Shown: one piece after another, positions 23,830 to 36,727 of the stretch
Position numbering within the stretch: position 1 is the first letter of the stretch
Layout of the letters: the number at the start of each line of letters is the position of its first letter
Assembly: GCF_020745735.1 (NCBI RefSeq)
Contig: NC_083424.1
Span: forward strand, 37,248,999-37,312,998
Length of the DNA stretch: 64,000 nucleotides
Direction of reading: 5' to 3'
Source: Hemiscyllium ocellatum
Taxonomy: Eukaryota
Program-made: the position numbers and the translations under genes
Notes under the pieces: model-generated
Told to the model about the DNA's origin: nothing
The model's database searches: none
Seen by the model: only the letters and a program-made list of their open reading frames with translations

Positions 23830-24170
23830 TTCCTACTCCTCAGTAGTTCCCTGTATATGTCGTGGCAAACCTTTCTCATCATTATGATGAGGTTGTATAT
23901 ACTTGACATTTGCTCCGATAGGTGAACCAGAGCAGTCCAAGCAGCTAGAGTATTGTTTCAACATTCCAATGACTTGTTCTATCACATTTCATGCCACAGG
24001 CCATTCATTGTTTGCATGTTCTGCACTGGTTATGTTGTACATAGATAACCTTTGTCACCTGAGTTACCATGCTACGATGTACATTGGTAACTGATGTCAC
24101 CTGATATGGGTTGAATGTGGCTAATTGAAAGCACCTTGCTTGCCACCAGGAAACATTGGGTACTACAGTC
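23830..24170 (-). pseudogene. PIF/Harbinger DDE transposase fossil
   Basis: Minus-strand pieces MFPGGKQGAF / W*LRGDKGYL / TSAEHANNE / *NVIEQVIGMLKQYSSCLDCSG. These are colinear with the HARBI1-type motifs FPGSxHDAFIL, WLLGDxGY, YNxxH and RxxIExxIGxLKxRFRCL. Confidence 0.7.
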
Positions 24171-25647
24171 AAATCCTGGAATGGTAGAATCACTTTAAGC
24201 TCTGGAACAGAGCCTGTAGTCCGACTGGAGTTATGCATTCTTTTTATCTATATGTTTAATTGATGAACACAATTATGACGCGATAAATTTTAATGTAACA
24301 TCACCATCTTTCATGTTTTCAGACAGACATTGAAAAGTTTACCAAATACATTTCTTTGCACACATCATTAAATTGTATAAACTTATGATCAATTTCGTTA
24401 ATTTAATCTTTGGGTACTGCAAAAAAAATTGCGAACTGGATTTAGACAAATTAGGCAATTAACCTAAAGATACCAAATAGATGATCTTGTGGCACTTATG
24501 CCTCAGCCCAAAGGTTCAGGTTCAAATCCCCTCTGCCCCAGACATGTATTAGAAGATGTCTGAACACATTGATTTGAAAATATTTATTGGATAAAGATCC
24601 AATGTACTCAAGGAGTCTGGACATAATTTATCACACAGAACGGAGAAATTTCTATTGATTTTAATTGGGCAAACTGCATCAATGTAGCTAAGTCTTGAAA
24701 ATTTTTTAAAAAGAGGTTACATTGTAAAACAAAATACTGCTCATGCAATTATTTCTAATCAGAGCATTGTGTTGGTTGGTTAAAATCAGTGTGAAAATCA
24801 ATAGGACTGGTCAGCTAAAACTCGAAAGCATTAGCCCATCAGTTGCCCTTGTCCAGTGACACTCTCAGTCTCTTCATCCTGTCAAAAAGGTCGACATCCA
24901 CAAAAGCCACTTTCATTGCAGTCCAAAAAGTGCATTAAAGTTTGTGGGAATGAATAGCAAGAATGTTTTATTTTTCCAAGACTTAACAAGTGAAAGAAAC
25001 CCAACAGTTGTCAATGATAAATAACTACAAATTTTTAGACACTGTCCTAAGCTCTGAGATACTTACAGATAAGAACAAGGCGTGCTTTTTAGCTTTCTCC
25101 TATTCATGTTAATAAATCCGTAACCAGGTCTATAAGTTTTAAGGGCTAAACTACAATAAGTGCATTCCAGACCCTGTCGCAAACAGCTATTTCCATACAA
25201 TAACGTTCTAAAAACACTTTAAGCCATCAATCAAATTGCTCCCACATACGTTGAAAGGCACTCTCAAAAGTAGCAGAGAAGATTTTAAATACAGACAATC
25301 TCCCTTAACTAAAAATTTCATGCTGTTCCCGTCTCTGTGGGAATTCATGGTTTCGAAGGTGATTCAGCAGGGGAATCACAAATTGAGCTAATCCTTGCAG
25401 TCTTATCCTTGCTTCCTTTGAAAATGATCATCCTAACTCTCAGCAGTTTCTGGTAACAGACATGGTGGCACAATAAACCTAGTTCAGGTTTATCCACAAC
25501 AAGAATAGGAACTGAGCTGTGAGCTGATGCTGGGAAATCAGAGGGAACTTTTACTGAACCATTCCTTTATACCTAAAACTGATCATTTCAGAGAGAGCAT
25601 AGCTTACGAATAAGTTATCCTCCCTCAGTTAAGATTTGTGCTTTTTT

Positions 25648-25993
25648 AAAAAATTCATTCACAGGATGAGGCCATTGCTGGCCAGACCAGTACTTATTGC
25701 CTAACCCCAATTGCCCAGAGGGTAGTTAAGAGTCAACCATATTGCTGTGTGTCTGGAGTCACGTGTGGGCCAGCCTGGCTAAGGATGGCAGTTAGCTTCC
25801 CCAAAGGACATTGGTGAACCAGGTGGGTTTTTCCAACAATTGACAATGGATTTATGGTCATCATTAGACTCTTAATTCCAGATAATTTATTGAATTCAAA
25901 TGTCACCATCTGCTGTGGCAGGATTCAAATCTGGCTCCCCAGAACATTCCCCAGGGCTCTAGATTAACAGGATTAGCAGTCATTGCCTCCCCA
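25648..25993 (-). mobile_element. Family B tRNA-SINE
   Basis: Same layout as 6375-6805: A-rich 3' end at 25648, head near 25990. Confidence 0.75.
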
Positions 25994-26973
25994 TTGATGG
26001 TAGGGAATAAAGAACTAGACCTCACTTATTTCTGTTGTTTTATTACCTCAAATATTGTACAGCAACTATTTGTGTTTAACTATTTTAATGTAGGCAGAGA
26101 ACACGCGCCTTGTCTTCAGGATATAATGTGACCTGGGAACTGTGCTCAGTATTAAGTAGTTTCTCTCTGCTGCTCTGTTGTGTTATTGTGGAACTTTGCA
26201 GAGTGACCGAGTGACCAACTGACCTTGCATGTGTCAGACAAGTCTACTAGGAGCAGAACTAGAACTTGATATCTGCACATCTTTTCCTAATTGCCTGCAT
26301 TGTGATTGACTGTGAAGTGTGGAATCTATGAAGCAGCAACTCTTAGGTATAACCTGAAGTTACAACCTAAATGGCAGACTGTGTCAGATTAAAGTAAACA
26401 CCCAGGTTGATAAATCTTTGTCCAAGGTACACCAAAAGGAATGAGCTGCTCTGTGTAACAACACCAGACGAATACAGTACACGGGGACATAGGTGATTGG
26501 CACCTTCCCTAGCCAATACACAATCGTATGGTTTATGGCCCACATTTAATATTTGCAAAGTCACACAGACCTGCTGCAAGCCACAGCACTGAATCAAACG
26601 GCACCAGAAGGTGGTCGCATGCAGGTTGGCTGTTTATTCTTACAGCTTGAGACACTATCATGACACTTTGAGCTCTACAAAGCACCACCATCAGCAGACG
26701 TATACCATATTTTGAATGTTAAATCAGCCCACCATGATCAACAGATGAGCACCACATGAATGTAAAGACAATCAGATTAATGGCCGGAAGCCTTGTAAAT
26801 AAAATTGTAACAGAATATATTGAGGGGAAGTCCATGTCATGGTAGAATCCATGGCAACGTCAGCATTTGTTGCTGATTCCTACTTGACGATCACTTGTGA
26901 TATAATTTCAATTTATAATTAACAGAGCCAATCTGTTGCGTTTTAGAGTCACATGTTACCCTAAACATCAGGT

Positions 26974-27308
26974 CATAGACAGAGAACACAGGGGGCTTCA
27001 ACATATTGTCTGGCTATCACCATTGTTAGCAGCTAACCCGAGAATGCAACTTTAAAAAAAAGGATTTTGTGATTTACACATGAAAGAAGTGAAACTATCA
27101 CTGTATTCTAACAGATGAAAGGCTTAACAGACAATCAATTTTTCAATGTATGATTTCAGTTACATCACATTGCAATTTTTTACTATAAATTTTGTGTTAC
27201 GACCAAGCCCTCCACAATCACCTAATGAAGGAGCGTCACTCCGAAAGCTAGTGTGCTTCCAATTAAACCTGTTGGACTATAACCTGGTGTTGTGTGATTT
27301 TTAACTTT
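26974..27308 (+). mobile_element. Terminal fragment of a second Penelope-type family, inserted into a family B SINE (26850-27490)
   Basis: Ends with a hammerhead-like motif followed by AATTAAACCTGTTGGACTATAACCTGGTGTTGTGTGATTTTTAACTT. SINE sequence resumes on both sides. No coding sequence is present, so the family call is by recognition only. Confidence 0.55.
27219..27253 (+). ncRNA. Minimal type-I hammerhead ribozyme motif, core mutated (CTAATGA)
   Basis: CAC-CTAATGA-A-GGAG(CGTCA)CTCC-GAAA-GC-TA-GTG: stem I CAC/GTG, stem II GGAG/CTCC, palindromic AGCT at stem III. Confidence 0.6.
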
Positions 27309-29929
27309 GGACTGGGAAAGGATGACAAACTTTCAAAGACATTAGTGAGTCAAATAGGTTTTTACAACAGATGATAGTTACTGAAGTTTATTCAGTACTG
27401 ACATGATAGATTTGAGCCCATATCCTCAAAACTTTAGCTTAGGCCTCTGAATTACTGGCCCAGTGACACTCCCATGACAAAAGTGTCTCCCCTTCGACTT
27501 TAATCTCATTTCCTCACTAACCCTGCACAACTGCATCATGGCATTCCACACATTTGGCTAAACTCATAAAAAACAGGTCATCTTGAGAAATATGTGAGTA
27601 GTTGTTGTTTCTCAGGAGCTTCCAAGATGACGATCTTATCCCGAGACAATACAAAGAAGACGCCAACAATGGTGTAAACTGACACCCAATTCTGACTGGA
27701 TAAATCCTTGCTTGAAAACTAGCCATCCTGGACAGTTTAGAATCAGGAGGAAGTGAATCATACATAGGAAAGATCTCAGGTTTTCTTTATATAATTCTGT
27801 GCAGAATATAATATTCTTGATCTTGTTATGCTGCTAAATAATATTTATAGAGTTTCCTGAGATATGGAAAACATTTACTTAATTTAAAAGGCTTCCAACT
27901 ATGGCTTCACCTTATGTCTAGGCTGCAAGCGAACCAGATCATGTGACATTGCATCACTTCCTATGGTGAGGAAAAAGGTGTCTCATTAAACAATCGTACA
28001 GTCTGACTTAACCTCTTTTAGTGCACAGAGCAAGTTTTCTTATTTTTTAATGTGTTTTAGTTAATTGGTTTAAAGAACATTTGACATGAGACCCAGGTCA
28101 TTCTTTAACTAATATATTTTTGAGTAGCAGCAACATTGGAAATACTGCATATGCCACTATCAGATTGCATGCATACTGCTGTCATCCATCAGCAGAATAG
28201 GGCCAGGGAAGGGAATGAATTTTCCAAAATGCAGGAAAAAAAACAATAACTACTGTGTGTCAGATTCTAATAACAATTACACCAAACATCGGCATCTATG
28301 ATCACAGTATCATTTCGACCAAAATAACCCAAGGTTCACATGTGACTGAGGGCTCTTTGCACGTAATTCTTTCTTTGAATAATTAACTGTTCTCTGTTTC
28401 CATTTAGCTTAAGCTGCCTTGGCCTTTTATGTTTTTCTTTAAAGAAAGCAAGAATAACCAAGTCTAATTACCAGATGTCAGCATAAGAACACTGCAAATA
28501 ATTCAACCAGAATTACTGGAAGTGGGAACTTTCTAGCAATCAGTCCAGGAGCACTGACGCTCTATTAATATCTCAAACACCTTTTCTTAATGTTGCCAAG
28601 TTATGACCAAATAGCGTAAAAATGTTTGAAATATGGATCACCGTTAACCCTAGTTCATAATTATAATTACGTCTGGCCCTTTTAAAAAATATCAAGCTCA
28701 GAAAATTACAATTTCCTAATGACGACACTATTAACCTTTCTGAGGGAGAATTGTGATCAATCAATATCATTTATTTGAGGCAGCATCAACTTTGTACAGA
28801 ACATCACTCAACTGTTATCCACAGAAACAGAAGGTGTGCTACTTAATGTTATTATTTAAGACTGAAAGGTCTGGTTACGTTTGACATCATATGGTTTTGG
28901 TTTACTAAGAAACTAGGCAGTGGCTCCTCTTGATATGAATTTACATGTAGCTGTAAATATTAATGATGAATGAAGAGTACTGGGGAATCTAAAATTCTAA
29001 GACAGAGTTGTTATTCTGCAAGTATTTCCCATGTTGATGGTTAGCACAGTCATGAGGCTTGATCAGCTTTTGAAGTTGAGGTGTTCTGAGCTATGAAACA
29101 ATATATCTAGGTCTTCATTAATTTCAGTGAAATAAACTGCATGTTTACAGTTGCTAAAAGTTTCTGCCCTGTGGCAAATGCTCATTTATAATGATTAGAT
29201 CAAAGTCAGCATACCCCGGGTAATGTCAGCCCAATCAAAAGCAAGAGAAAGTGTCTTTGTTGTTTGATCCACAAAAAGTTCAAAGTTGAAGTGATTACTG
29301 GACCCCTGATATTATACTAACAGACGACAAACTAGCAAAACTATGCACTGGAGATTAATGCATGTTGCTTTTGATAAATTAGTGTGCAGCATTCGCAGCA
29401 ATCTGTCTTTGCTCTTCACACATTTAAGCACATACACACAAGCCAAGAGTTTCCCGTTTGTGGCTGAGGATCTTTATCAGGCGCAAGGAAGCAGCGAGGG
29501 AGCGATAGATCATTTCGCAAACTATTGACCTCATGATGTCACCGCTCAGCTTCCGGCTATGGGCATCAAGGATTCCAGCACTTGTAGCAAAAACACATGT
29601 GTGGAGGCATCAGCTCAAATTCTACAGTAACTCAGCCAGTTGGCAACAAGGCTTGTGGTAGCATCAATTACACAATTAGACTTAAACAAGATTTAATGGT
29701 TTAGTGCTAACAGAACTCAAGAAAACAATAGTTAAAGCCTTTTTAAATCAGTAATTATAAGTTACAATCTTAAAAGTCACATATTTCACTGCAGTATTAA
29801 TTACTGTCTCCACAGTGGAAGGCAGCACTCTCTAGGTGCTTGCTAGCTAGTGTGCTCAGCTTTCCATACATACAAAAGTCTGAAATTCTATATTCTCAAC
29901 ACGCAAGACTTAAATGTTTACTCAACAGT

Positions 29930-30140
29930 ATCAACAACTTGCATTTTAATAGCACCTAAAATGTGTTTCACAGGAGTGTAGGAGTTGATTTTGAGCTGAA
30001 ATTGGTAGATCGGGTAACCAAAAGTTTCATCCAAGATTTAGGTTCTGAAGGAGAGAGTGTCTTAAAGGACGCTTGAGAGATGGATAAGCCAGAGGTGCAA
30101 CAAAAAAAGTCAGGGATTCACTAAAAGACAATGTTAAAGG
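29930..30140 (-). mobile_element. L2 LINE 3' end, old
   Basis: AACAACTTGCATTTTAATAGCACC is the reverse complement of an L2-type terminus. Confidence 0.5.
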
Positions 30141-30299
30141 TTCTGGTTGAGTGTGTTCACAATCATTCAAGATTTAATCATGATTGACACAAATGTTGAT
30201 TGTGCTCAGAGGTAACACAGTGATTTTGAATATTCCAATCAAGTCCTTTAACTCCCTTATGTTCAAAAATCTTCTTCTTATATCCTCTCCCACAGTGTC

Positions 30300-30750
30300 A
30301 AAGACACCTACTTTTCCTGCATTCACTGACCAACACTGGCTACTCGATGCCCCCAACAGTTCCAATTTAAAATTCTTGTCCTGTGCCCAAATCCTTGTAT
30401 CCTTATTCCTCCCTATCTCTGTAACCTCCTCCAGCACTCGACCCTCCCAGAAGTTCTTGTTGCCTCTTGAGCCTGTAGCTTCTTGTATGTCCCTCACATC
30501 CTGACACTATTCGTTGTTGTACCTCCTTTTCATCTAGCGCCCAAACTCTGAATTCCTCCTTTGATTCACTCCACCTCTTCACTCCTTCCCTTCTTTTAAT
30601 CATCTTCCTTAAAATTCATCCCTTTGTCCAAATTTTTGTCATCCTTACTAACATTGTCTCCTTTCCCTCAGGATCCATTGCAGCTTGATTCCAGCTCCAT
30701 CTGATATTTTTAATTATGAAAGATGCTGTATAAATGCAGGTATTGCTGCA
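30300..30750 (+). mobile_element. L2 LINE 3' end, old
   Basis: TDQHWL..FKILV..KSL..PYL-like translation and the terminus GATGCTGTATAAATGCAGGTATTGCTG. Confidence 0.6.
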
Positions 30751-30944
30751 AGAATTTTTCAGTGATTTCAGAAATTAAAGTGATTTCAAACTCTAGTCTC
30801 AAAAATGCATGAATTGGTTGTGATTTAAAATTGTGCACCTCACGAAATGTATTTAACAAAATTTAAAGTGTACCCAATGTGTAACCTCAAAATGCTTCTT
30901 AAAACACTGCTGTTTCTTTTTGTTCTAGGCTTATTTCTTCATCT

Positions 30945-31156
30945 AGAGTTGAGAGTGTGTTGCTGGAAAAGCACAGCAGGTCAGACAGCATCCGAGGAGC
31001 AGAAAAAAATCGAAGTTTTGGGCCAGAGCCCTTCATCAGGAATCATTCTGATGAAACATTGATTCTCCTGCTCCTGAGATGCTGCCTGACCTGCTGTGCT
31101 TTTCCAGCAACACACTCTCGACTCTGATCTCCAGTATCTGCAGACCTCATTTTCTC
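30945..31156. mobile_element. Penelope-terminus fold-back mini-element with TSD
   Basis: Long inverted arms. Flanked by CTTATTTCTTCRTCT at 30930-30944 and 31157-31171. Hammerhead remnants on both strands at the centre. Confidence 0.85.
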
Positions 31157-31896
31157 CTTATTTCTTCGTCTCCTTTTTTCTAATGAAGACCAGAATCAGA
31201 TAGTGGCATCAGCAGCCCTCCAACACCAGCATCAATTCTTGTGTGAATTCAGACAGTGTCAACAAGTTATCCAACATTTCACACATTTTAACAAAATCTC
31301 ATCCTATTTCAACATACCTGAGATTACAGTACTCTGATCGGGGGTAATATGCAATGGTTTTTCACTCTCCTGTGTTAGGGAATTGAAGATTAATGCCTCC
31401 AGCATCACTGACTGAGATCAGCTAACTTTTGTAGGTCAGGGATTAAACTTGGGTCCTTCCTGGGGCTTATTAATAAGCTATAATTATACAGTGCATTCAA
31501 TTACAAAATAATCAGGTCACCTAAGTCATCTTCATTCTATTATTCTATTAACCACAGGGGAAAGGATGTATAATGGACAGATTTTCTTTAACAATCCATG
31601 TATTTATATTATCAGCAAGATAAGCAGGTCAGCACAAGAAAATCCCTTGTGAAACAAGGGGAAATTTTGTTTCAAAATTTATAAATAAACTAAGTTTGCC
31701 TGGAGTCATTTGTCACTCAGTGTGATAAGGGATTTTTGCCTGGTAATGTTATTTGAAAACATTAAGAAACTATCATTTGAAATGTCAGTTTGGCAAACAT
31801 CCTTTTAAAAATATAAGTTCCTCCAGAGGCAGCAATGGTTTGGATTGATAGCACTTCTTCTTAATTGCTCATGTGTGTCTAAATGTGCATGATACT

Positions 31897-32742
31897 TTTT
31901 GATTTGATTAATTTATTGTGATGTGTATCTTCTTATTGAATACAGTGGAAAGTGTTGTATAGTTTCGCCACTCTCTGGCACCATCCTAAAACAAAGAAAA
32001 GAAAACCAAAATATAGAACTTAAAGGCAAAAAAAAAGTAAAGAAAGGGTCCAGTCTTGCAGTCCTTCTTGTTAAGTGCCATGAGCCATGAGCCTGGTGGC
32101 GAGGCACAAGTCCCCTTCACCACACCACCATGGGTCCCCTTCACCACACCACCACGGGTCCCCTTCACCACACCACCTGGGTCGCCTTCACCGTACCACC
32201 ACAGGTCCATTTCACCACACCACCACGGGTCCCCTTCACCATTCCACCACAGGTCTCCTTCACCATGCCACCACGGCTCCCCTTCACCATGCCACCATAG
32301 GTCCCCTTCGCCATACCACCAAGGCTCCCCTTCACCATATCACCACAGGTCCCCTTCGCCATATCACCACAGGTCCCCTTCACCATACCATCATGAGTCC
32401 CTTTCACCACGCAATCACGGGTCCCCTTCATCATTCCACCACGGCTCCCCTTCATCACACCACCATGAATCCCCTACACCATACCATCACGGCTCCCCTT
32501 CATCATACCACCATGGGTGCATTTCACCATACCAATGCGGGCTCCCTTCATCATACCATTATGGGTCACTTTCACCACACCACCATGGGTCCCCTTCGCC
32601 ATACCACCACGGGTCCCTTTCACCATGCCACCACGTGTCCCCTCCATCATTCCACCACAGGCCCCTTCATCATATCACCATGGGTCACCTTCACCATACC
32701 ACCATTGCTGGAAAGAAAGTCCTCCTCTTCAGCACCATCTCA
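31897..32742 (-). mobile_element. Non-autonomous retroelement: 24-bp VNTR, T-rich linker and Rex1-like 3' tail (copy B)
   Basis: Minus-strand end AGGATGGTGCC..GTGGCGA..CTTTCCACTGT..TACACATCACAATAAATTAATCAAATCAAA. A second AGATGGTGC lies at the putative 5' end (32732-32740). Confidence 0.6.
32109..32705. repeat. 24-bp minisatellite, consensus CACCACGGGTCCCCTTCACCATAC
   Basis: About 25 units. The 8-codon periodicity (HHGSPSPY) is visible in the ORF track. Confidence 0.95.
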
Positions 32743-33374
32743 TCTCACCGAAGTAACCGGCCCCATTTTGGTTACACACTTGATCACAAAACGGGAATTT
32801 TTAAAAACCCAGCAGAAATAAAGGTGACAAAGCAAAAAGGAAGCATCCAGATATTAAAGTCTTATCTGAATCTTATCTCCTTGCAGGCATCCTGGCATGG
32901 CCACAGCCTGGAATCTTGGGAGGAGCAGTGGTACAGATAATTATAAACATTTTGTTGGTATATCGAAGGGGACTGTGCAGTTGTTAAGGAGATGGGGATC
33001 AAGACAAATCATAGCCATTTTAGCCTCAACATGGGGAGGGTGCAGGGCCAACAAGGGCATAGAAATCTCGACAGCCATGGATTCCAGAGAAAAGAGGGCA
33101 CATTAATGGTAAAGTGAAGGGGCACAACCAAAGAGGGGGAGGCTGAAGGGTTCTTAGTGCCAAAGGGTTCACTATAGAAAAAGAGACATGAGAAATGAGG
33201 TGGGTAGGGCAAATGGTGGGTCAGAGGCAGACTCTGACAGTCAAATAAACACACATATTGATTTGAAATTCAACTGTGCTATGAGGTCAGAAACCACAAC
33301 AAACCTCTTGCTAAGTGGGAGCAGTAAGTATTGTTTTAGATTGCAGCGCATATTCTATCTGAGCATTCTCATAG

Positions 33375-36300
33375 ATCATAAATCGGATGGTCTACACCTG
33401 AGCAGGACTGGAACCAATGTCTGAGGGGGTGCTTTTGCTAACGCTATTGGGGAGAGTCAAAACTAATGTGGCGGGGATGTAAACCAAATGAGGAGGTTTG
33501 TGGGGAGTAAGGAAGTAGTAACTAAAGCCTGTAAAGAACTAGATAATGAAGTCAGCATGACTAAGGGGAAGGGAGGCAGGGAGCAGATGATGGATGCAAA
33601 GGGAGAGGTGGTCTGTGGTGCATTTGTTTTAATGCAAGAAGTATAGTTGATTAGGCAGATGAACTTAGGGATTGGATTAGTACCTGGGAGTATGATAGTA
33701 TTGCTATTACTGAGACTTGGTTGATGGAAGGGCATGATTGGCAACTAAATATCCCAGGATATAGATGCTTCAGGCAGGATAGAGAGGGAGGTAAAAGGGG
33801 TGGAGGAGTTGTATTACTGGTCAGGGAGGATATCACAGCTGTTGCAGAAAGAAGGCACTATGGAGAACTTGAGGCAGTATGGGCAAAGCTCAGAGATAGG
33901 AAGAATACGGTAACAATGTTGGGGGCTGTACTACAGGCCTCCCAAAAGTGAGGGTGAGATAGAGGTACAAATATGTAGACAGATTATGGAAAGATGTAGG
34001 ACAAAAAGGGTGGTCGTGATGGGAGATATTAAATTTCCCAAGATTGATTGGGTTCACTTAGTGATAGAGGTTTAAATGGAGCAAATATGTAAGGAGCATT
34101 CAGATGGGTTATCTAGAGCAGTATGTAAATAGTCCAGTCGGGAAGGGGCCAGACTAGTGTTGATGTTTCAGTGGGGGATTACGTTGGGAATTAGATTAGA
34201 CTTACAGTGTGGAAACAGGCCCTTCGGCCCAACAAGTCCACACTGACCCGCCGAAGCGAAACCCACCCATACCCCTACATTACCCCTTACCTAACACTAC
34301 GGGCAATTTAGCATGGCCAATTCACCTGACCCGCACATCTTTGGACTGTGGGAGGAAACCGGAGCACCCGGAGGAAACCCACGCAGACACGGGGAGAACG
34401 TGCAAACTCCACACAGTCAGTCACCTGAGTCGGGAATTGAACCCGGGTCTCTGGCGCTGTGAGGCAGCAGTGCTAACCACTGTGCCACCGTGCCGCCCAC
34501 GAATAGAGATCACAATTCTGTAAGTTTCAGAATACTCATGGACAAAGGCAAGGGTGCCCTAAAGGAAGGCTGCTCAATTGGGGGAAGGCCAACTATACCA
34601 AAATTTGGCAGGAGTTGGGGAATGTGGAATTGGAAGCAGCTGTTTGAGAGTAAATCCACATTTGATGAGTGGGAGGCCTTTAAAGAGAGGTTGACTAAAG
34701 TGCAGGAGAGATAAGGGGTAGAAATGGTAAGATGAGGGAACCATGGATGACAGGTAAAGTTGTGGCACTAGCTAAGAGGAAAAAGAAAGCATACATAAGG
34801 TATAGGCAACTGAAGACAGATAAAGCTTTGGAAGAATATTGGGAAAGTAGGACCAATCTGAAATGAGGAATTAAGAGGGCGAAAAGGGCTCATGAAATAT
34901 CTTGAGCAAACAGGGGTTAAGGAAAATCCCAAAGCCTCTTATTCGTAAATAAGGAGCAAGAGGGTAACTGGAGAAAGGGTTGGCCCACTCAAGGACAAAG
35001 GAGGAAAGTTATGCATAGAGTCAGAGAAAATGGGTGAGATTCTCAATAAATACTTTGCGTCAGTATTCACCGAGGAGAGGGACATGATGGATGTTGAGTT
35101 AGGGATAGATATTTACTCTGGGTCAAGTTGGCAGAAGGAGGGAGGAACTGTTAGGCATTCTAAAAGACATTAAGGTGGACAAGTCCCCAGGTCCAGATGG
35201 GATATATTCCAAGTTACTGAGGGAACTGAGACAGGAAATAGCTGAAGCCATAACAGATATCTTTGCAGCATCTTTTAACACAGGTAGGGTCCTGGAGGAT
35301 TGGAGAATTGCTAAAGTTGTCCCCTTGTTTCAGAAGGAGAGCAAGGATAATCCAGGTAATTATGGACTGGTGAGTCTGATGTCAGTAGTAGGGAAGCTGC
35401 TGGAGAAGATACTAAGCGATGGGATCTATTTACATTTGGAAGGAAATGTGCTTATCAGTGATAGACAACATGGTGTTGTGTAGGGAGGTCATGTCTTACC
35501 AATTTAATAGAATTCATTGAGAAAGTGACAAAGTTGATTAAGTGGGGAGGGCTGTAGATGTCATATACATGGACTTTAGTAAGGCATTTGGTAGGCTCTT
35601 GGAGAAAATGAAGTTACGTGAGATTGAGGGTATACCAGCTAGATGGATAGAGAACTTGCTAGACAACAGGAGACAGAGAATAGTAGTGGAAGGGAGTTTC
35701 TCAAAATGGAAAACTGTGACCAGTGGTGTTCCACAGGGATCTGTGCTGGGACCACTGTTGTTTGTGATATACATAAATGATCTGGAGGAAGGTATAGGTG
35801 GTCTGATTAGCAAGTTTGCAGATGACACTAAGATTGGTGGAGTAGCAGATATTGCTGGGGACAGTCAGAGAATGCAACAGAATATAGATAGATTGGAGAG
35901 TTGGGTGGAGAAATGGCAGATGGATTTCAATCCAGACATACGAGAGATTTTGGAAGATCCAATTTTACAGTGAACTTTACAGTAAATGGAAAAGCCCTGG
36001 GGAAACCTGATGCATCTGGGAGAAATCTGGGTGTTCAGGTCCATTGTTTCCTGAAGGTGGCAACACAGGTCAATAGATTGGTCAAGGCAGCATACAGCAT
36101 GCTTTCCTTCATCGGGCCGGGTATTAAGTGTAAGAGTTGGCAGGTCATGTTACAGTTGCATAAGACTTTGGTTCGGCCACATTTGGAATACTGCGAAAAT
36201 TCTGGTCACCCCATCACCAGAAGGATGTGGATGCTTTGGAGAGGGTGTAGAAGGGGTTCACCAGGATGTTGCCTGGTATGGAGGGCACTAGCTATGAGGA

Positions 36301-36727
36301 GAGGGTGAGTAGATTAGGAATATTTTCATTAGAAAGATGGACATTGAAGGAGAGCCTGATTGAGGTATACAAAATCCTGAGAGGTGTAGACAGGGTGGAT
36401 AACAAGATTTTTTGTTTCCCAGAGTGAACAACTCAATTACTAGGGGTCACGAGTTCAAGGCAAGAGGGGAAAAGTTTAAGGGAAATATGCGTGGAAAGTT
36501 CTTTACACAGAAGGTGGTGGGTGCCTGGAACGTGTTGCCAGTAGAGGTGGTACAAGCAGGTACAATTGTGTCATTTAAGTTGTTTCTAGACAGATACATG
36601 AATGGGCAGGAAGCAGAGGACTACAAAACCTTGGAAAATAGGTGACAGGTTTAGATAGGGGATCTGAATTGGCGCACGCTTAGAGGGCTGAAGGCCTGTT
36701 CCTGTGCTGTAATTTTCTTTGTTCTAT
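33375..36727 (+). mobile_element. CR1 (HER1-related) LINE: ORF1 end plus nearly complete decayed ORF2 (APE and RT)
   Basis: DGLHLSRTGTNV (esterase ORF1 end), IAITETWL (APE), [55 protein letters not shown]. Contains stops and frameshifts. Confidence 0.95.
34192..34500 (-). mobile_element. Young full-length HE1 SINE nested in the CR1
   Basis: CpG-rich, with complete head, V-domain and tail. Short GAAT duplication at 34188-34191 and 34501-34504. Confidence 0.95.

Noticed and set aside
32056-32940. 294-aa His/Ser/Pro-rich ORF and overlapping ORFs
   Set aside because: Several frames on both strands are open because of the 24-bp VNTR. There is no evidence of coding.
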